DNA of 64,000 nt, taken from the NCBI GenBank assembly GCA_050014095.1, contig JBEKDZ010000001.1, positions 206,560 through 270,559 on the forward strand. The letters run 5' to 3'. Below are positions 25,490-35,888 of this stretch, piece after piece. This DNA is from Dehalococcoidales bacterium. GTDB taxonomy: Bacteria > Chloroflexota > Dehalococcoidia > Dehalococcoidales > RBG-16-60-22. The position numbers and the translations under genes are program-made. The notes below the pieces were generated by a model. It saw nothing but the letters and a program-made list of their open reading frames with translations, was not told the DNA's origin and ran no database searches. How positions within the stretch are numbered: the stretch's first letter is position 1; every line of letters starts with the position of its first letter.

Positions 25490-27127
25490 ATGCCGAAGTA
25501 TATCTTTGTAACCGGTGGCGTCGTAAGTTCCGTAGGGAAAGGCATCACCGTCGCCTCCATCGGCACCATTCTTAAAAGTCGTGGGGTTACCGTGGCGGTG
25601 CAGAAGCTCGACCCGTATTTGAACGTCGACCCGGGCACGATGTCCCCCTACCAGCACGGGGAGGTTTACGTTACTAAAGACGGCGCGGAGACCGACCTCG
25701 ACCTGGGCAACTACGAGCGCTTTATCGATATCGAGTGCACGGCGGATTCCAACACGACGTCCGGTCAGATTTACAGCACCCTGATAACGAAGGAGCGGCG
25801 GGGGGACTTTTTGGGCGGGACGATTCAGATTGTGCCGCATTTGACCAATGAAATAAAAAGTCGGTTCAAGAAGCTTGCAGAAAAGTCCGGAGCGGAGGTA
25901 ATACTTATCGAGGTGGGAGGCACGGTAGGCGACATCGAAGGGCAGCCGTTCCTGGAGGCAATACGGCAGATGCGTAACGACGTGGGCAGGAACAACGTGC
26001 TTTATATTCACGTAACCTTCTTGCCCTACCTCAACTCTACCGGCGAACTAAAGACCAAGCCTACCCAGCACAGCGTCAACGAGCTGCGGCGTATCGGTAT
26101 CCAGCCGGATGTCATCGTCTGCCGCAGCGATTATCCCATCCCGGAGAACCTGCGAGACAAGATATCACTCTTCTGCGATGTGGAGAAACAGGCGGTGATA
26201 CCCCTGCCAACTGTAAAAACGATATATGAAATCCCCTTAATCCTCGAGGATTGTGGGTTGGGACAGCTGATTATGGATAAACTCGGCATGGCGGAAAAAC
26301 CCACCGATTTAAAACCATGGCGGGAGCTCGTCGAGCGTATTAAGACACCGCACGAGCCGGTGAAAATCGCGCTGGTAGGTAAATACGTCGAGCTTAATGA
26401 TGCATATTACTCAGTGCGGGAGGCACTCTACCACGCCGCACTTTTTAACAATAAAACGCTCGATTTATTCTGGGTGCATTCAGAAGACCTGGATAAAATC
26501 GAGGCAGATACGCTGCTGCGTACCGCTCAAGGGATAATCGTGCCGGGCGGGTTCGGCATCCGTGGCATCGAGGGGATGGTTAAAGCTGCCAAGTACGCGC
26601 GGGAGAATAAAATTCCCTATTTCGGCTTATGCCTGGGGATGCAGGTCATGGTCATCGAGTTCGCGCGCCATGTCTTCAACACCGATGAGCCGAACTCCAC
26701 GGAGTTCGACCCGAATACCAAGTATCCGGTTATCGACTATATGCTGGAACAAAAAACGCTGCAGACCAAGGGCGGCAATATGCGCCTGGGTTTATATCCA
26801 TGCAAGCTGCTGGCTGGCAGCCTGGCTGCCAAAGCCTATGGGCAGCCGCTCGTCGAGGAACGGCACCGGCACCGGCTGGAATTAAATAACAAGTATCGCG
26901 AGCCGCTACGTAAGGCTGGCATGATTTTCAGCGGCGTTTCGCCTGATGATAATTTGGTGGAAATCTGCGAGCTTAAAGACCACCCCTGGATGCTGGGCTG
27001 CCAGTTCCATCCGGAGTTTCTCTCGCGGCCCAATCGACCGCAGCCACTCTTCCGGGAGTTCATCGGCGTAGCCAAAGACGTATTAAGAGAAGGCGCGCAG
27101 CCGCCGCTGCCCCTGGCAGCCAAGTGA
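25490..27127 (+). CDS. pyrG: CTP synthase
   Basis: '[16 protein letters not shown]' N-terminus. Glutaminase domain 'GLCLGMQ' and 'QFHPEF'. Confidence 0.98.
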   Translation: MPKYIFVTGGVVSSVGKGITVASIGTILKSRGVTVAVQKLDPYLNVDPGTMSPYQHGEVYVTKDGAETDLDLGNYERFIDIECTADSNTTSGQIYSTLITKERRGDFLGGTIQIVPHLTNEIKSRFKKLAEKSGAEVILIEVGGTVGDIEGQPFLEAIRQMRNDVGRNNVLYIHVTFLPYLNSTGELKTKPTQHSVNELRRIGIQPDVIVCRSDYPIPENLRDKISLFCDVEKQAVIPLPTVKTIYEIPLILEDCGLGQLIMDKLGMAEKPTDLKPWRELVERIKTPHEPVKIALVGKYVELNDAYYSVREALYHAALFNNKTLDLFWVHSEDLDKIEADTLLRTAQGIIVPGGFGIRGIEGMVKAAKYARENKIPYFGLCLGMQVMVIEFARHVFNTDEPNSTEFDPNTKYPVIDYMLEQKTLQTKGGNMRLGLYPCKLLAGSLAAKAYGQPLVEERHRHRLELNNKYREPLRKAGMIFSGVSPDDNLVEICELKDHPWMLGCQFHPEFLSRPNRPQPLFREFIGVAKDVLREGAQPPLPLAAK

Positions 27128-27137
27128 GGAGGGAAAT

Positions 27138-27791
27138 ATGCAAATTTTCCTGGATACCGCCAATATCGACCAGATAAAGCAAGCCGCCCAGTTGGGGATT
27201 ATCAGCGGGGTAACGACCAATCCTTCTCTTTTAGCTAAAGAAACTACCGCCGACTACGAAGCAGTAACGAAGAAAATCTGCTCCATTATCAGCGGTCCGG
27301 TCTCCGTAGAGGTTCTCTCTGAAACTGCTGATGAGATGATAAAAGAAGCCCGCGTCAAAGCTAAATGGGCGCCCAACGTTAATATTAAAATTCCTATCAC
27401 CGCCGAGGGACTAAAGGCGACCTCCGTTTTAAGTAAAGAAGATATTAGTGTAAATATGACGCTGTGTTTCTCGGCGAACCAGGCGCTATTAGGAGCGCTG
27501 GCCGGGGCAACCTACGTCAGCATCTTCGTCGGGCGGCTGGACGATGTGGGAGAGGATGGCATGCAAGTGGTGGAGGATACCATCGGCATACTAGCGAACT
27601 ACCCGGAACTGGAAACACAGGTAATCGCCGCGAGCATCCGCCATCCTATGCATGTTACTTACGCCGCCATGGCGGGTGCGGACGTGGCGACCGTGCCTTA
27701 TGCCGTATTAATGCAAATGATTCAGCACCCGTTGACCGACATCGGTATCAAACGCTTTTTGGCTGACTGGAAAAGCGTAGCCAAGAAATAG
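27138..27791 (+). CDS. tal: Transaldolase / fructose-6-phosphate aldolase family (short, TalC/Fsa type)
   Basis: '[14 protein letters not shown]...GVTTNPSL', 'NIKIP' Schiff-base lysine region. 217 aa. Confidence 0.9.
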   Translation: MQIFLDTANIDQIKQAAQLGIISGVTTNPSLLAKETTADYEAVTKKICSIISGPVSVEVLSETADEMIKEARVKAKWAPNVNIKIPITAEGLKATSVLSKEDISVNMTLCFSANQALLGALAGATYVSIFVGRLDDVGEDGMQVVEDTIGILANYPELETQVIAASIRHPMHVTYAAMAGADVATVPYAVLMQMIQHPLTDIGIKRFLADWKSVAKK

Positions 27792-27842
27792 AAAATAAAG
27801 ACCCCCTTCCCCCCGGGGAGATGGGACCAGTGAGGTGGCACC

Positions 27843-29204
27843 ATGGAAATGAACGCAATCCCTAATGAAAACCCTAAGACTAGTCTAAACGGAAGTCCGA
27901 GCGAGAATACACCGACAACTCCGAATGCCATTCCGAATGCGCATCTGAATATTGCGGAACTGGAAACTAAGACCAAAGAAGAACTCGTGGAGATGGCGAA
28001 GGAGAAAGGAATCGCCATGCCTGCTACGCTGAAAAAGCACGATATTATTATGCGCCTGCTGGAAACGCACACGGAGCAGCAAGGCAATATCTTTTGCAGC
28101 GGCATCCTGGAAATCATGGCGGACGGCTATGGCTTCCTGCGGCAGGAAACCCTGCTGCCCAGCCAGACGGATGTTTACATCTCGCCGTCGCAGATACGCC
28201 GCTTCAGCCTGCGCAACGGCGATATGGTCACCGGGCAGGGCCGGCCGCCGAAAAGCAACGAAAAATATTTCAGTCTACTGCAGGTAGTGGCCATCAATAA
28301 CCTCAACCCCGAGCTTTCCAAGGGCCGCCAGCCTTTCGGGTCGCTTACGCCCACCTTCCCGGATAAGCTGCTTAACCTGGAACACTCGCCCACCGACCTC
28401 TCCACGCGCCTCCTCAATCTCATCGCCCCCATCGGTCGGGGACAGCGTGGCTTGATTGTTTCGCCGCCTAAGGCCGGAAAGACTCTGCTTTTAAAATCTA
28501 TCGCCAACTCAATTTCCACCACCTACGAGGATATCCACCTGATTGTATGCCTCATCGGCGAGCGCCCAGAAGAAGTCACGGATATGCGGCGCTCGGTCAA
28601 GGGCGAGGTTATCGCCGCCACATTCGACGAGATGGTGGAAAACCAGACCCGCGTGGCAGAACTGGCATTAGAAAGATCGAAACGCCTGGTGGAAAGCGGT
28701 AAGGATGTGGTCATCCTGCTCGACGGCATTACCCGCTTGACCCGCGCTTACAACCTAGCGATGCCTTCCAGCGGTCGCACGCTGTCCGGCGGCATCGACC
28801 CCGCCGCTCTGCACCCCGCCAAGCGCTTCTTCGGGGCGGCGCGCAACACGGAGGAGGGGGGCAGCCTGACGATTATCGCCACCTGCCTTGTCGATACCGG
28901 CAGCCGCATGGACGACCTGATTTATGAGGAGTTCAAAGGCACCGGCAACATGGAGCTCCACCTGGACCGGAGACTATCCGAAAGGCGTATCTTCCCGGCC
29001 ATGGATATACAGCGGAGCGGGACGCGGCGGGAAGAGTTGCTGTTGGGCGAGGAACAACTCAAGCAGGTATGGCTGCTGCGGCGCATGGTGGGTATCATTG
29101 CATCGGATTCCAATAACTTTATCGAGGCGACGGAACGCGTGCTGGAACGCATGCGCAAGACGAAGACCAACGCCGAGTTCCTGGTCGGACTGCGAGATAT
29201 TTAG
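27843..29204 (+). CDS. rho: Transcription termination factor Rho
   Basis: '[14 protein letters not shown]' RNA-binding domain. Walker A 'SPPKAGKT'. 'RFFGAARN', '[11 protein letters not shown]'. Asn/Pro/Thr-rich N-terminal extension of about 38 aa. Confidence 0.97.
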   Translation: MEMNAIPNENPKTSLNGSPSENTPTTPNAIPNAHLNIAELETKTKEELVEMAKEKGIAMPATLKKHDIIMRLLETHTEQQGNIFCSGILEIMADGYGFLRQETLLPSQTDVYISPSQIRRFSLRNGDMVTGQGRPPKSNEKYFSLLQVVAINNLNPELSKGRQPFGSLTPTFPDKLLNLEHSPTDLSTRLLNLIAPIGRGQRGLIVSPPKAGKTLLLKSIANSISTTYEDIHLIVCLIGERPEEVTDMRRSVKGEVIAATFDEMVENQTRVAELALERSKRLVESGKDVVILLDGITRLTRAYNLAMPSSGRTLSGGIDPAALHPAKRFFGAARNTEEGGSLTIIATCLVDTGSRMDDLIYEEFKGTGNMELHLDRRLSERRIFPAMDIQRSGTRREELLLGEEQLKQVWLLRRMVGIIASDSNNFIEATERVLERMRKTKTNAEFLVGLRDI

Positions 29205-29306
29205 CCATTCCACGACCGTTGTCGCCATACCGGAGCATTACGCGGAAAGCTTGAACTAAATCGCGTAAAGCCCTATGATGTACGAGAACAGGGAGGGAAA
29301 AATCAC

Positions 29307-29645
29307 ATGATGCAAATGAAAAAGACATATACGGAAGTCAGCCCGGAATTGCTCTTCGCGGAGATAAGGGATTTTACACTGAAGCAGGGGACGAGCCTAG
29401 GCGAGAACAAAATGGAAACCTACACCCTCCCGGACGAATCGGCGTCTTTTGGAACGCGGGCAACTTTAACTTTTAACGTTAAGGGGGAGGCGGGGAAAGA
29501 GTGCCTGCGGGCGCATATCGTGGGGATGGCACGGGGCGAAACGAAGCTGATGATTGACGCCGATGAAAAGCTCTTTGCTAAGGACAAACTCACTGCCCTG
29601 CAGGCGGACCTGGACTTTATCTTCGGGGCGTATGAAGTAAAGTAG
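29307..29645 (+). CDS. Hypothetical protein, 112 aa
   Basis: ORF with GGGAGGG SD 9 nt upstream. No motif recognised. Confidence 0.5.
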   Translation: MMQMKKTYTEVSPELLFAEIRDFTLKQGTSLGENKMETYTLPDESASFGTRATLTFNVKGEAGKECLRAHIVGMARGETKLMIDADEKLFAKDKLTALQADLDFIFGAYEVK

Positions 29646-29690
29646 GGCCGGGCACCCACACCTACATCTACTACCCCTTTACCCCACCAC

Positions 29691-29776
29691 TGGATTCCCA
29701 ATCGAGTTGGGAATGACGTATTTCTTATTTCTTACACTTTTTAATGTCAGTCATTCCCGTGAAAACAGGAATCCAG
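29691..29776. repeat. Two outward-facing units (29691-29717 reverse, 29750-29776 forward)
   Basis: TGGATTCCCAATCGAGTTGGGAATGACG ... GTCATTCCCGTGAAAACAGGAATCCAG. Confidence 0.8.
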
Positions 29777-29828
29777 AGGCAACTTTTAACAAGCCAGACT
29801 TTAAACAGTCGCTGGTTTGCAGTTTTCG

Positions 29829-30893
29829 CTAATCAGTCAATCCGTTTTTAAGAAATACACTTAAGCCGCTTGCTTTCAGCTGGGGAACTACACTCCCCAG
29901 CGACGCCGCGTTTAATTGATTACCGCCAAGATAAAGCTCGGGAGCTAGACTGGCAGTTACCACCCACTTATTCTCCAGCAGGGACGAAATATCCTGAATT
30001 TTATTATTATCAAGTCGGGTAAAAATTAAATTAGCCAGTCCAGCCAGCGTCGAGACATCACTGATTTGATTCCCCGTTAGAGAAAGTCCCCGCAATAGGG
30101 TACAACCGCCTAGCGGCGCAATATTAGTAATCCGGTTGTAGTCCAGGTACAATTGATCCAGTAGCTTAAGATTCGCCAATGGGCTAATATCGCTTATCTG
30201 GTTGTATCGACAGTACAAGGTATCGAGATTGACGCAATGTTGCAGCGGCGAGATATCGCTGATATAGTTCTCCGAGATATCGAGTTGCTCAAGTTTATCC
30301 AGAGTACCTAGCGGGGATATATCACTGATTTTGTTATCATAAGCCTCAAGCCAGGTCAGGTCCGCCAACGCCGATAAGGGTGCCAGGTCTTCGACATCGT
30401 TCCGGGAGATATCCAGAGCGGTAAGCTTGCCCAAACCGGCTAACGGCATGATGTTGGTAATCCGGTTATCACATATACGAAGGCTTGTGAGGCTGTTCAT
30501 AACGTAAAAAGGCGATAAATCCGCGATATCATTCCTAGCGACGGAAAGCATGGTAAGATGGCTTAGATTGCAAAGCGGCTTAAGGCTGCGGATATTATTA
30601 TTGTCAAGGTTGAGATACTCAAGGTTGGTGCAGCCCTCCAGTCCCGTGAGGTCGGTGATGCCGGCATGACCGACGGTAAGTGTGGTGACCTTTTGTAGCT
30701 GCGCGGCATCGAGGTCTTTCAGAGATATGCCGAGTCTTTCACAGATGGCGCTACTCAATGCTTTATCGGGAACAAGACTAGATTTAACTGACACTGATGC
30801 GGTGATGCTGCCCGAACCCCAGGCGCCGGCGATTATCAATACCATCGCTACGGCTGATAGTGCTGTAATGAGTATATTTTTCCTAATTTTCAT
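29829..30893 (-). CDS. Leucine-rich repeat (internalin-like) protein with N-terminal signal/anchor
   Basis: N-terminal hydrophobic segment 'ILITALSAVAMVLIIAGAWG'. About 12 tandem 22-aa repeats of the form L..L..L.L..N.I.DI.PL. Confidence 0.85.
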   Translation of the reverse strand: MKIRKNILITALSAVAMVLIIAGAWGSGSITASVSVKSSLVPDKALSSAICERLGISLKDLDAAQLQKVTTLTVGHAGITDLTGLEGCTNLEYLNLDNNNIRSLKPLCNLSHLTMLSVARNDIADLSPFYVMNSLTSLRICDNRITNIMPLAGLGKLTALDISRNDVEDLAPLSALADLTWLEAYDNKISDISPLGTLDKLEQLDISENYISDISPLQHCVNLDTLYCRYNQISDISPLANLKLLDQLYLDYNRITNIAPLGGCTLLRGLSLTGNQISDVSTLAGLANLIFTRLDNNKIQDISSLLENKWVVTASLAPELYLGGNQLNAASLGSVVPQLKASGLSVFLKNGLTD

Positions 30894-30896
30894 AAT

Positions 30897-30951
30897 ATTA
30901 CCCTCACGAATAATATAGTTCGCCTATGATATAGTAGCAGGTGAGGGTAAT
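30897..30951 (-). promoter_or_regulatory. 11-bp perfect inverted repeat (ATTACCCTCAC / GTGAGGGTAAT) in the 5' leader of the LRR gene, covering its SD
   Basis: On the mRNA strand the 3' arm GTGAGGGTAAT contains the GAGGG SD, 7 nt before the ATG at 30893. Confidence 0.5.
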
Positions 30952-31029
30952 CTTGAAATGCAGGCTGATACCCAATTAGCGTAGCTAACAGCATGGAATT
31001 TATTGGTGGAGGCAGGAATAAACCGGGGT

Positions 31030-32097
31030 TCACCTTGCCCGGGGATAAGAGCCGAGGATTTTCACGAAAACGGCGTGCTCTTCCAACGCTTTGAGGGCTT
31101 CGGCGACAGGTTTTTCCTCGCGGTGACCTGAAAAGTCCATGTAGAAGTTATATTCCCAGGGCTGGTGGCGGGTGGGGCGGGACTCTAGCTTGGAGAGATT
31201 AATTTTCCTTCTGGCGAACTCACCAAGGCAATCGTAAAGCGCACCGGGCTTGTGTTTGAGGGAAAAGACGATAGAGGTCTTGTCATTACCGGTGGGCGTG
31301 GAGTCCTCTTTAGAGAGGATGAAGAAGCGGGTGAAGTTATGGGGGTTATCTTCGATTTCTCTGGCGAGCATCTTCATGCCGTAAAGCTCAGCGGCTTTGG
31401 CGGAGGCAACGGCAGCATAATCCAGCCGTTTTTCTTCCTTAATCATTCTCACGCTGCCGGCGGTGTCGGAGGCAGGCACGATTTCCGCATTAAGCTTCTT
31501 CAAGAAATTACGACTCTGCCCCAGCGCCTGCGGATGGGAATAGACGTACTTCACGCTATCCAGGGTGGCGCCTTCCATGGCAATCAGGCAATGGCTGATG
31601 CGTAGTTCCGTCTCACCGCAAGCCATCAAAGGCGAATCCAGGAGGAGGTCATAAGTGCGGTTGATACTGCCCTCCAGGGAGTTTTCCACCGGCACTAAAG
31701 CGAACGGGACATCGCCCCTCTCCACTGCCTCGAAGACCTCGTCCAGCGTATCATAAGGCACGCCTTTAGTGGAATTGCCGAAAAATCGTAAGGCGGCTTC
31801 CTCGGTATAAGCGCCCGGCTCGCCCTGGTAAGCCACGGCGATGCCCTGGATTTTCTTGCTGGCGCTGATTATCTGTTTATAGATGCCCTCGATATCGGAG
31901 GGGCTGATTTTTTTATCACGGGCGAGGCTGCGCACGTGCTTCAAGACACGCAGCTCCCGTTCCCTGTCCTCGATAACACGACTTGCCTTATGCTTGTCCT
32001 TGCCGATTTCTCTAGAGATACTCTGGCGTTCAGCGATGAGCTCGACGATGCGTGCATCTATCTCGTCAATTTTTTTTCTTAGGTCGTCCAGATTCAT
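31030..32097 (-). CDS. pheA: Bifunctional chorismate mutase / prephenate dehydratase
   Basis: N-terminal CM helix 'LRKKIDEIDARIVELIAER'. PDT domain 'VAYQGEPGAYTE'. C-terminal ACT domain 'ESRP'. Confidence 0.92.
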   Translation of the reverse strand: MNLDDLRKKIDEIDARIVELIAERQSISREIGKDKHKASRVIEDRERELRVLKHVRSLARDKKISPSDIEGIYKQIISASKKIQGIAVAYQGEPGAYTEEAALRFFGNSTKGVPYDTLDEVFEAVERGDVPFALVPVENSLEGSINRTYDLLLDSPLMACGETELRISHCLIAMEGATLDSVKYVYSHPQALGQSRNFLKKLNAEIVPASDTAGSVRMIKEEKRLDYAAVASAKAAELYGMKMLAREIEDNPHNFTRFFILSKEDSTPTGNDKTSIVFSLKHKPGALYDCLGEFARRKINLSKLESRPTRHQPWEYNFYMDFSGHREEKPVAEALKALEEHAVFVKILGSYPRAR

Positions 32098-33185
32098 TTA
32101 AGTGCCCTCGGTATCATTCCCGCCCTCATCGCGAAGTCGCACAGCACTACTGCCAACATCGCCCCTACAACCGGTACTGCTCGGGGTACGATGCACGCGT
32201 CATGGCGTCCACTCACCTTAAGAGTGGTCTCTTTAACTTTTTTTATGTCAACCGTCATCTGTTCCAGGGCGATGGAGGAGGTCGGCTTTATCGCTACCCG
32301 GACCACTATTGGCATGCCGCTGCTGATACCACCCAATATACCGCCGGCGTTATTTGTGGTGGTGATGATTTTACCTTTCTTAATGGTAAAGGGGTCGTTG
32401 TTTTCCGAGCCTTTTTTACGTGTCGCGGCGAAACCAGAACCGAACTCCACGCCTTTAACCGCTGGTATAGCCAGCAGCGCTTTAGCTAAATCACCATCCA
32501 GGGTATCGAAAAACGGCTCACCGAGTCCCACTGGAACGTTAAGCGCAATGCCCTCGATGATGCCTCCGAGGCTATCGCCCTGCTTTTTCACGTCCTCTAT
32601 CGCCGCCATCATTTTCTTTGAGGCGGCGGCATCGGCGCAAAAGAGCGGGTCTTTTAAGGCTTTTTGCTTGATTTGTTCATACGGAACGGCTTTAGCATTA
32701 ATAGCGCCAATGGCAACTGTATGCGCCAGGGTTTCCACGCCGATAGTGGTTAATATTTTTTTTGCCACGGCGCCCGCCATGACGAAACTGGCGGTTATCC
32801 TGCCAGAAAACATCCCACCGCCACGCCAGTCGTTAAAACCGCCGTATTTTTCGTGAGCGGTAAAGTCGGCATGGCCGGGGCGGAGCTGTGACCGTATTTT
32901 TTCATATGCCGCATCGTCGAAATCTTCATTTTTAATCAGCAGGCATAAAGGGGCGCCTGTGGTAGACCCATTCAGCACGCCGGAGAGAATCTCCACCCTA
33001 TCTTTCTCGCGGCGGGATGTGGCAGCCGGGCTAATGCCGGCACGACGGAGGTCAACCTCTTTTTGGATATCCGCTGTGGCGAGGGGGAGACCGGCGGGGC
33101 AGCCATCGACGATAACACCGATACATTTACCATGACTTTCGCCGAAGCTGGTTATGGTAAATAATTTACCCAGACTGCTACCCAT
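32094..33185 (-). CDS. aroC: Chorismate synthase
   Basis: 'FGESHG', 'RPGHADF', 'GRHDACIVPRA'. Confidence 0.96.
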   Translation of the reverse strand: MGSSLGKLFTITSFGESHGKCIGVIVDGCPAGLPLATADIQKEVDLRRAGISPAATSRREKDRVEILSGVLNGSTTGAPLCLLIKNEDFDDAAYEKIRSQLRPGHADFTAHEKYGGFNDWRGGGMFSGRITASFVMAGAVAKKILTTIGVETLAHTVAIGAINAKAVPYEQIKQKALKDPLFCADAAASKKMMAAIEDVKKQGDSLGGIIEGIALNVPVGLGEPFFDTLDGDLAKALLAIPAVKGVEFGSGFAATRKKGSENNDPFTIKKGKIITTTNNAGGILGGISSGMPIVVRVAIKPTSSIALEQMTVDIKKVKETTLKVSGRHDACIVPRAVPVVGAMLAVVLCDFAMRAGMIPRALK

Positions 33186-34515
33186 TTATCTGTACCTGGC
33201 CGCCGACCTTTTGTAACTCATCCCAGAACGAGGGGAAGGTTTTGGTCACACATTCGGCGCCATCGATAATTATGTCACCCAATGCCGCGCCCAGCACACC
33301 GAAAGCCATGGCAATACGGTGGTCGCCTTGACTATCAAGAACAACAGGACCTTTAGATTTGTATTGTTCCTCCGAGGGCTCTTCTTCATCAGTATCTTCA
33401 ACATCGTCTTCGGTAATGACTCTAAAGAAGTCTTTGCCAATGATGGTGAGGTGGTTTTCGCCTTCAATGACGGTAAAACCCAGTTTAATTAGGCACTCCC
33501 TGACGGCAGCCACGCGGTTGGACTCTTTAATACGCGCCCGCTGAATACCGATTAGCTCCGTCCTGCCTTTGGCTACGGCCGCCAAGACCGCCACGGTCGG
33601 CAGGAGGTCAATACAGTCGGAAAGGTCGGCATGTATTCCTTTCAGTTGGGCATGTTTAACGAGTATATTACTACCGGAGACTCTAACATTGGCGCCCATT
33701 TCACGTAAAATATCCACTATCACGCGGTCGCCCTGGAGGCTAGCCATATTCAAATTCTGGATGAGTACCCCTTCCTCCGACATCGCCCCGAGCGCCAGGA
33801 AATATGAAGCCGATGACCAATCGCTCTCTATTTTAACGGAGGTCGGTGTGTATCTTTGACGCAAAACGATGAATTTATTACCTTCCCGCTGGAAATTTAT
33901 GCCGAACTGCTTAAGACACCAAAGCGTCATGAGAACATATGGCCTTGACGTCAAGGGGGTAGTTAGCTTGATGCTGACGCCCTTCGGAGAGAAGGGAGAT
34001 ACCAGGAGCAAGGCTGAAATAAACTGCGAGCTGACATTGCCCGGGATTTCGGTGGCGCCACCTTTAAAAGTACCTCCCTGGACGACAACCGGCGGAAACC
34101 CTGGCCTTTCCATCGTAGCCTTAACTCCCAGCTTGGTCAGCGCATCAACCAGCGACCCGATTGGTCGTTTGCTTAGAGAGGGCCCCCCCACCAGCCGATG
34201 CGTGCCCGGTATAAGAGAGCATATCGCCGTCATAAATCTTAATGTCGTTGCGGACTCCCCGCAGTTAAGCCCTTCTTGCACGATGTGGAATTTACCGCCG
34301 GTAACTTTCCAGACATCGTCCCCTTTACGGATAATGGTGCCGAGTTTTGTCAGGACAAGAATAGCGGCATCAGTATCGTCGCTGACCAGCGGGTGGATAA
34401 TTTCGCTTTCGCCTGCGCTTAAGGCGGCGCACATCACCGCCCGAATGGTCATACTTTTAGAAGAAGGGATAGATACACTGCCTTTAATAACGCTTTGACT
34501 AATCGTAGCTTTCAT
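33178..34515 (-). CDS. aroA: 3-phosphoshikimate 1-carboxyvinyltransferase (EPSP synthase)
   Basis: 'PSSKSMTIRA', 'GESATTLRF', 'DHRIAMAF'. Contains an acidic insert of about 24 aa. Confidence 0.95.
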   Translation of the reverse strand: MKATISQSVIKGSVSIPSSKSMTIRAVMCAALSAGESEIIHPLVSDDTDAAILVLTKLGTIIRKGDDVWKVTGGKFHIVQEGLNCGESATTLRFMTAICSLIPGTHRLVGGPSLSKRPIGSLVDALTKLGVKATMERPGFPPVVVQGGTFKGGATEIPGNVSSQFISALLLVSPFSPKGVSIKLTTPLTSRPYVLMTLWCLKQFGINFQREGNKFIVLRQRYTPTSVKIESDWSSASYFLALGAMSEEGVLIQNLNMASLQGDRVIVDILREMGANVRVSGSNILVKHAQLKGIHADLSDCIDLLPTVAVLAAVAKGRTELIGIQRARIKESNRVAAVRECLIKLGFTVIEGENHLTIIGKDFFRVITEDDVEDTDEEEPSEEQYKSKGPVVLDSQGDHRIAMAFGVLGAALGDIIIDGAECVTKTFPSFWDELQKVGGQVQING

Positions 34516-35026
34516 AGTTTTTCAGCGCCTCCATTATTTTGTCCGCCACCGAGGCGATGGTAAGTCCGGACGTATTAATTGTAATGTCCGCCGCCTGACG
34601 ATAGTAAGGCTGGCGTTTTTTAAGCATTGTTTTTATCCGCTGCAATCGGTCGGTCACATCCAGCAGCGGCCGGGCATCTTTATCACCCGCCGTCCTTTTG
34701 AGAATAACTGCGGGCGAAGCCGTTAGATATATTATAACGCTTTCTTGCTTCAAACGGTCAATATTTATCGTATTAAGGACAATACCGCCGCCGCAGGCGA
34801 TCACGGCGTTCTTTTTGCTTGCTACCTCCTGTGCAGCCTCAATTTCCAACTCACGAAAGCGAATTTCACCATCCTGCTGGAATATTGCCGGGATAGACTT
34901 GCCGGCTTTTTTTGTTATTATAGCATCAAGCTCGATGAACTCTTTATCCAACTTTTGGGCTAGTACTTTAGCCACCTCCGTTTTACCTGTCCCCATGAAG
35001 CCGATGAGGGCAACGCTAGTTTTCAT
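34499..35026 (-). CDS. aroK: Shikimate kinase
   Basis: Walker A 'GFMGTGKT', 'FRELE', 'IACGGG'. Confidence 0.92.
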   Translation of the reverse strand: MKTSVALIGFMGTGKTEVAKVLAQKLDKEFIELDAIITKKAGKSIPAIFQQDGEIRFRELEIEAAQEVASKKNAVIACGGGIVLNTINIDRLKQESVIIYLTASPAVILKRTAGDKDARPLLDVTDRLQRIKTMLKKRQPYYRQAADITINTSGLTIASVADKIMEALKNYESYD

Positions 35027-35888
35027 GTTGCTCCAGCATTTTTATCGCTGCTTCCCGCATCAGGTCGATGGGAGCCAAGCGACCCGTCCATTTTTCGAAA
35101 GCGAGCGCCCCCTGCCAGGCAAGCATATCGACACCGCCGATGGTTTGTGCACCGGCGGCAGCCGCTTCCTTGAGCAGTTTGGTTTTCATAGGGTTATACA
35201 CGATATCAAAAACAAGCGGGATTTTAGCCAGCAGTTTTGCCGGGACGGCGCTAGCATTTGTCGTCGGAGACATCCCCACGCTGGTGGCATTTACTAAAAG
35301 TTCGACGCCGGGCAGTACTTCATCCAGATGCCCGAGCTCCAGAACTTTTACTTCACTGCTAAAGTCTTCACGAATTAACTGCGCGATGTCTTCCGCCCAG
35401 TCAAGTTCCTGCTGCCGGTTGAGAATGGTGAGGCTGGCGCCTTCCCTCGCCAGAATATAGGTAATCGCCCGGGATGCCCCGCCGGCGCCAAGGACGACGA
35501 CCTTTTTATTTTTTGGGTTAAAGTCGTGTTCGGTCAACGCCCGGTAAAAACCCTCAGCGTCGGTATTATACCCCTTAAGCTTACCGCTATCGTTGACCAC
35601 CGTATTAACGGCGCCGATTTTCTCCGCCAGGGGGTCGAGACTATCCAGCAGGGGCATTACTGCAACCTTATGGGGTATCGTAACGTTAAAGCCGGCGATG
35701 TTTAAAGCCTTTAAACCAGCTACGGCTTGCGGCAACTCTTCCGGCTTGACCTGGAAAGCTATATAAACAAAGTCCAATCCCAGTTTTTGATAGGCGGCAT
35801 TATGCATCACTGGCGACATAGTATGTTCAACGGGGTCGCCGATGAGAGCGCAAATTTTCGTTTTACCGGAGATGACTTTATCTGTCAT
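35016..35888 (-). CDS. aroE: Shikimate dehydrogenase
   Basis: 'IGDPVEHTMSPVMHN', 'NVTIPHK', 'GYNTD', 'VLGAGGASRA'. Confidence 0.93.
   Translation of the reverse strand: MTDKVISGKTKICALIGDPVEHTMSPVMHNAAYQKLGLDFVYIAFQVKPEELPQAVAGLKALNIAGFNVTIPHKVAVMPLLDSLDPLAEKIGAVNTVVNDSGKLKGYNTDAEGFYRALTEHDFNPKNKKVVVLGAGGASRAITYILAREGASLTILNRQQELDWAEDIAQLIREDFSSEVKVLELGHLDEVLPGVELLVNATSVGMSPTTNASAVPAKLLAKIPLVFDIVYNPMKTKLLKEAAAAGAQTIGGVDMLAWQGALAFEKWTGRLAPIDLMREAAIKMLEQHEN

Noticed and set aside
25482-25492. TATAAT hexamer immediately before the pyrG ATG as a leaderless promoter
   Set aside because: The hexamer ends only 2 nt before the ATG, so a transcript from it would start inside the coding sequence. There is no usable -35.
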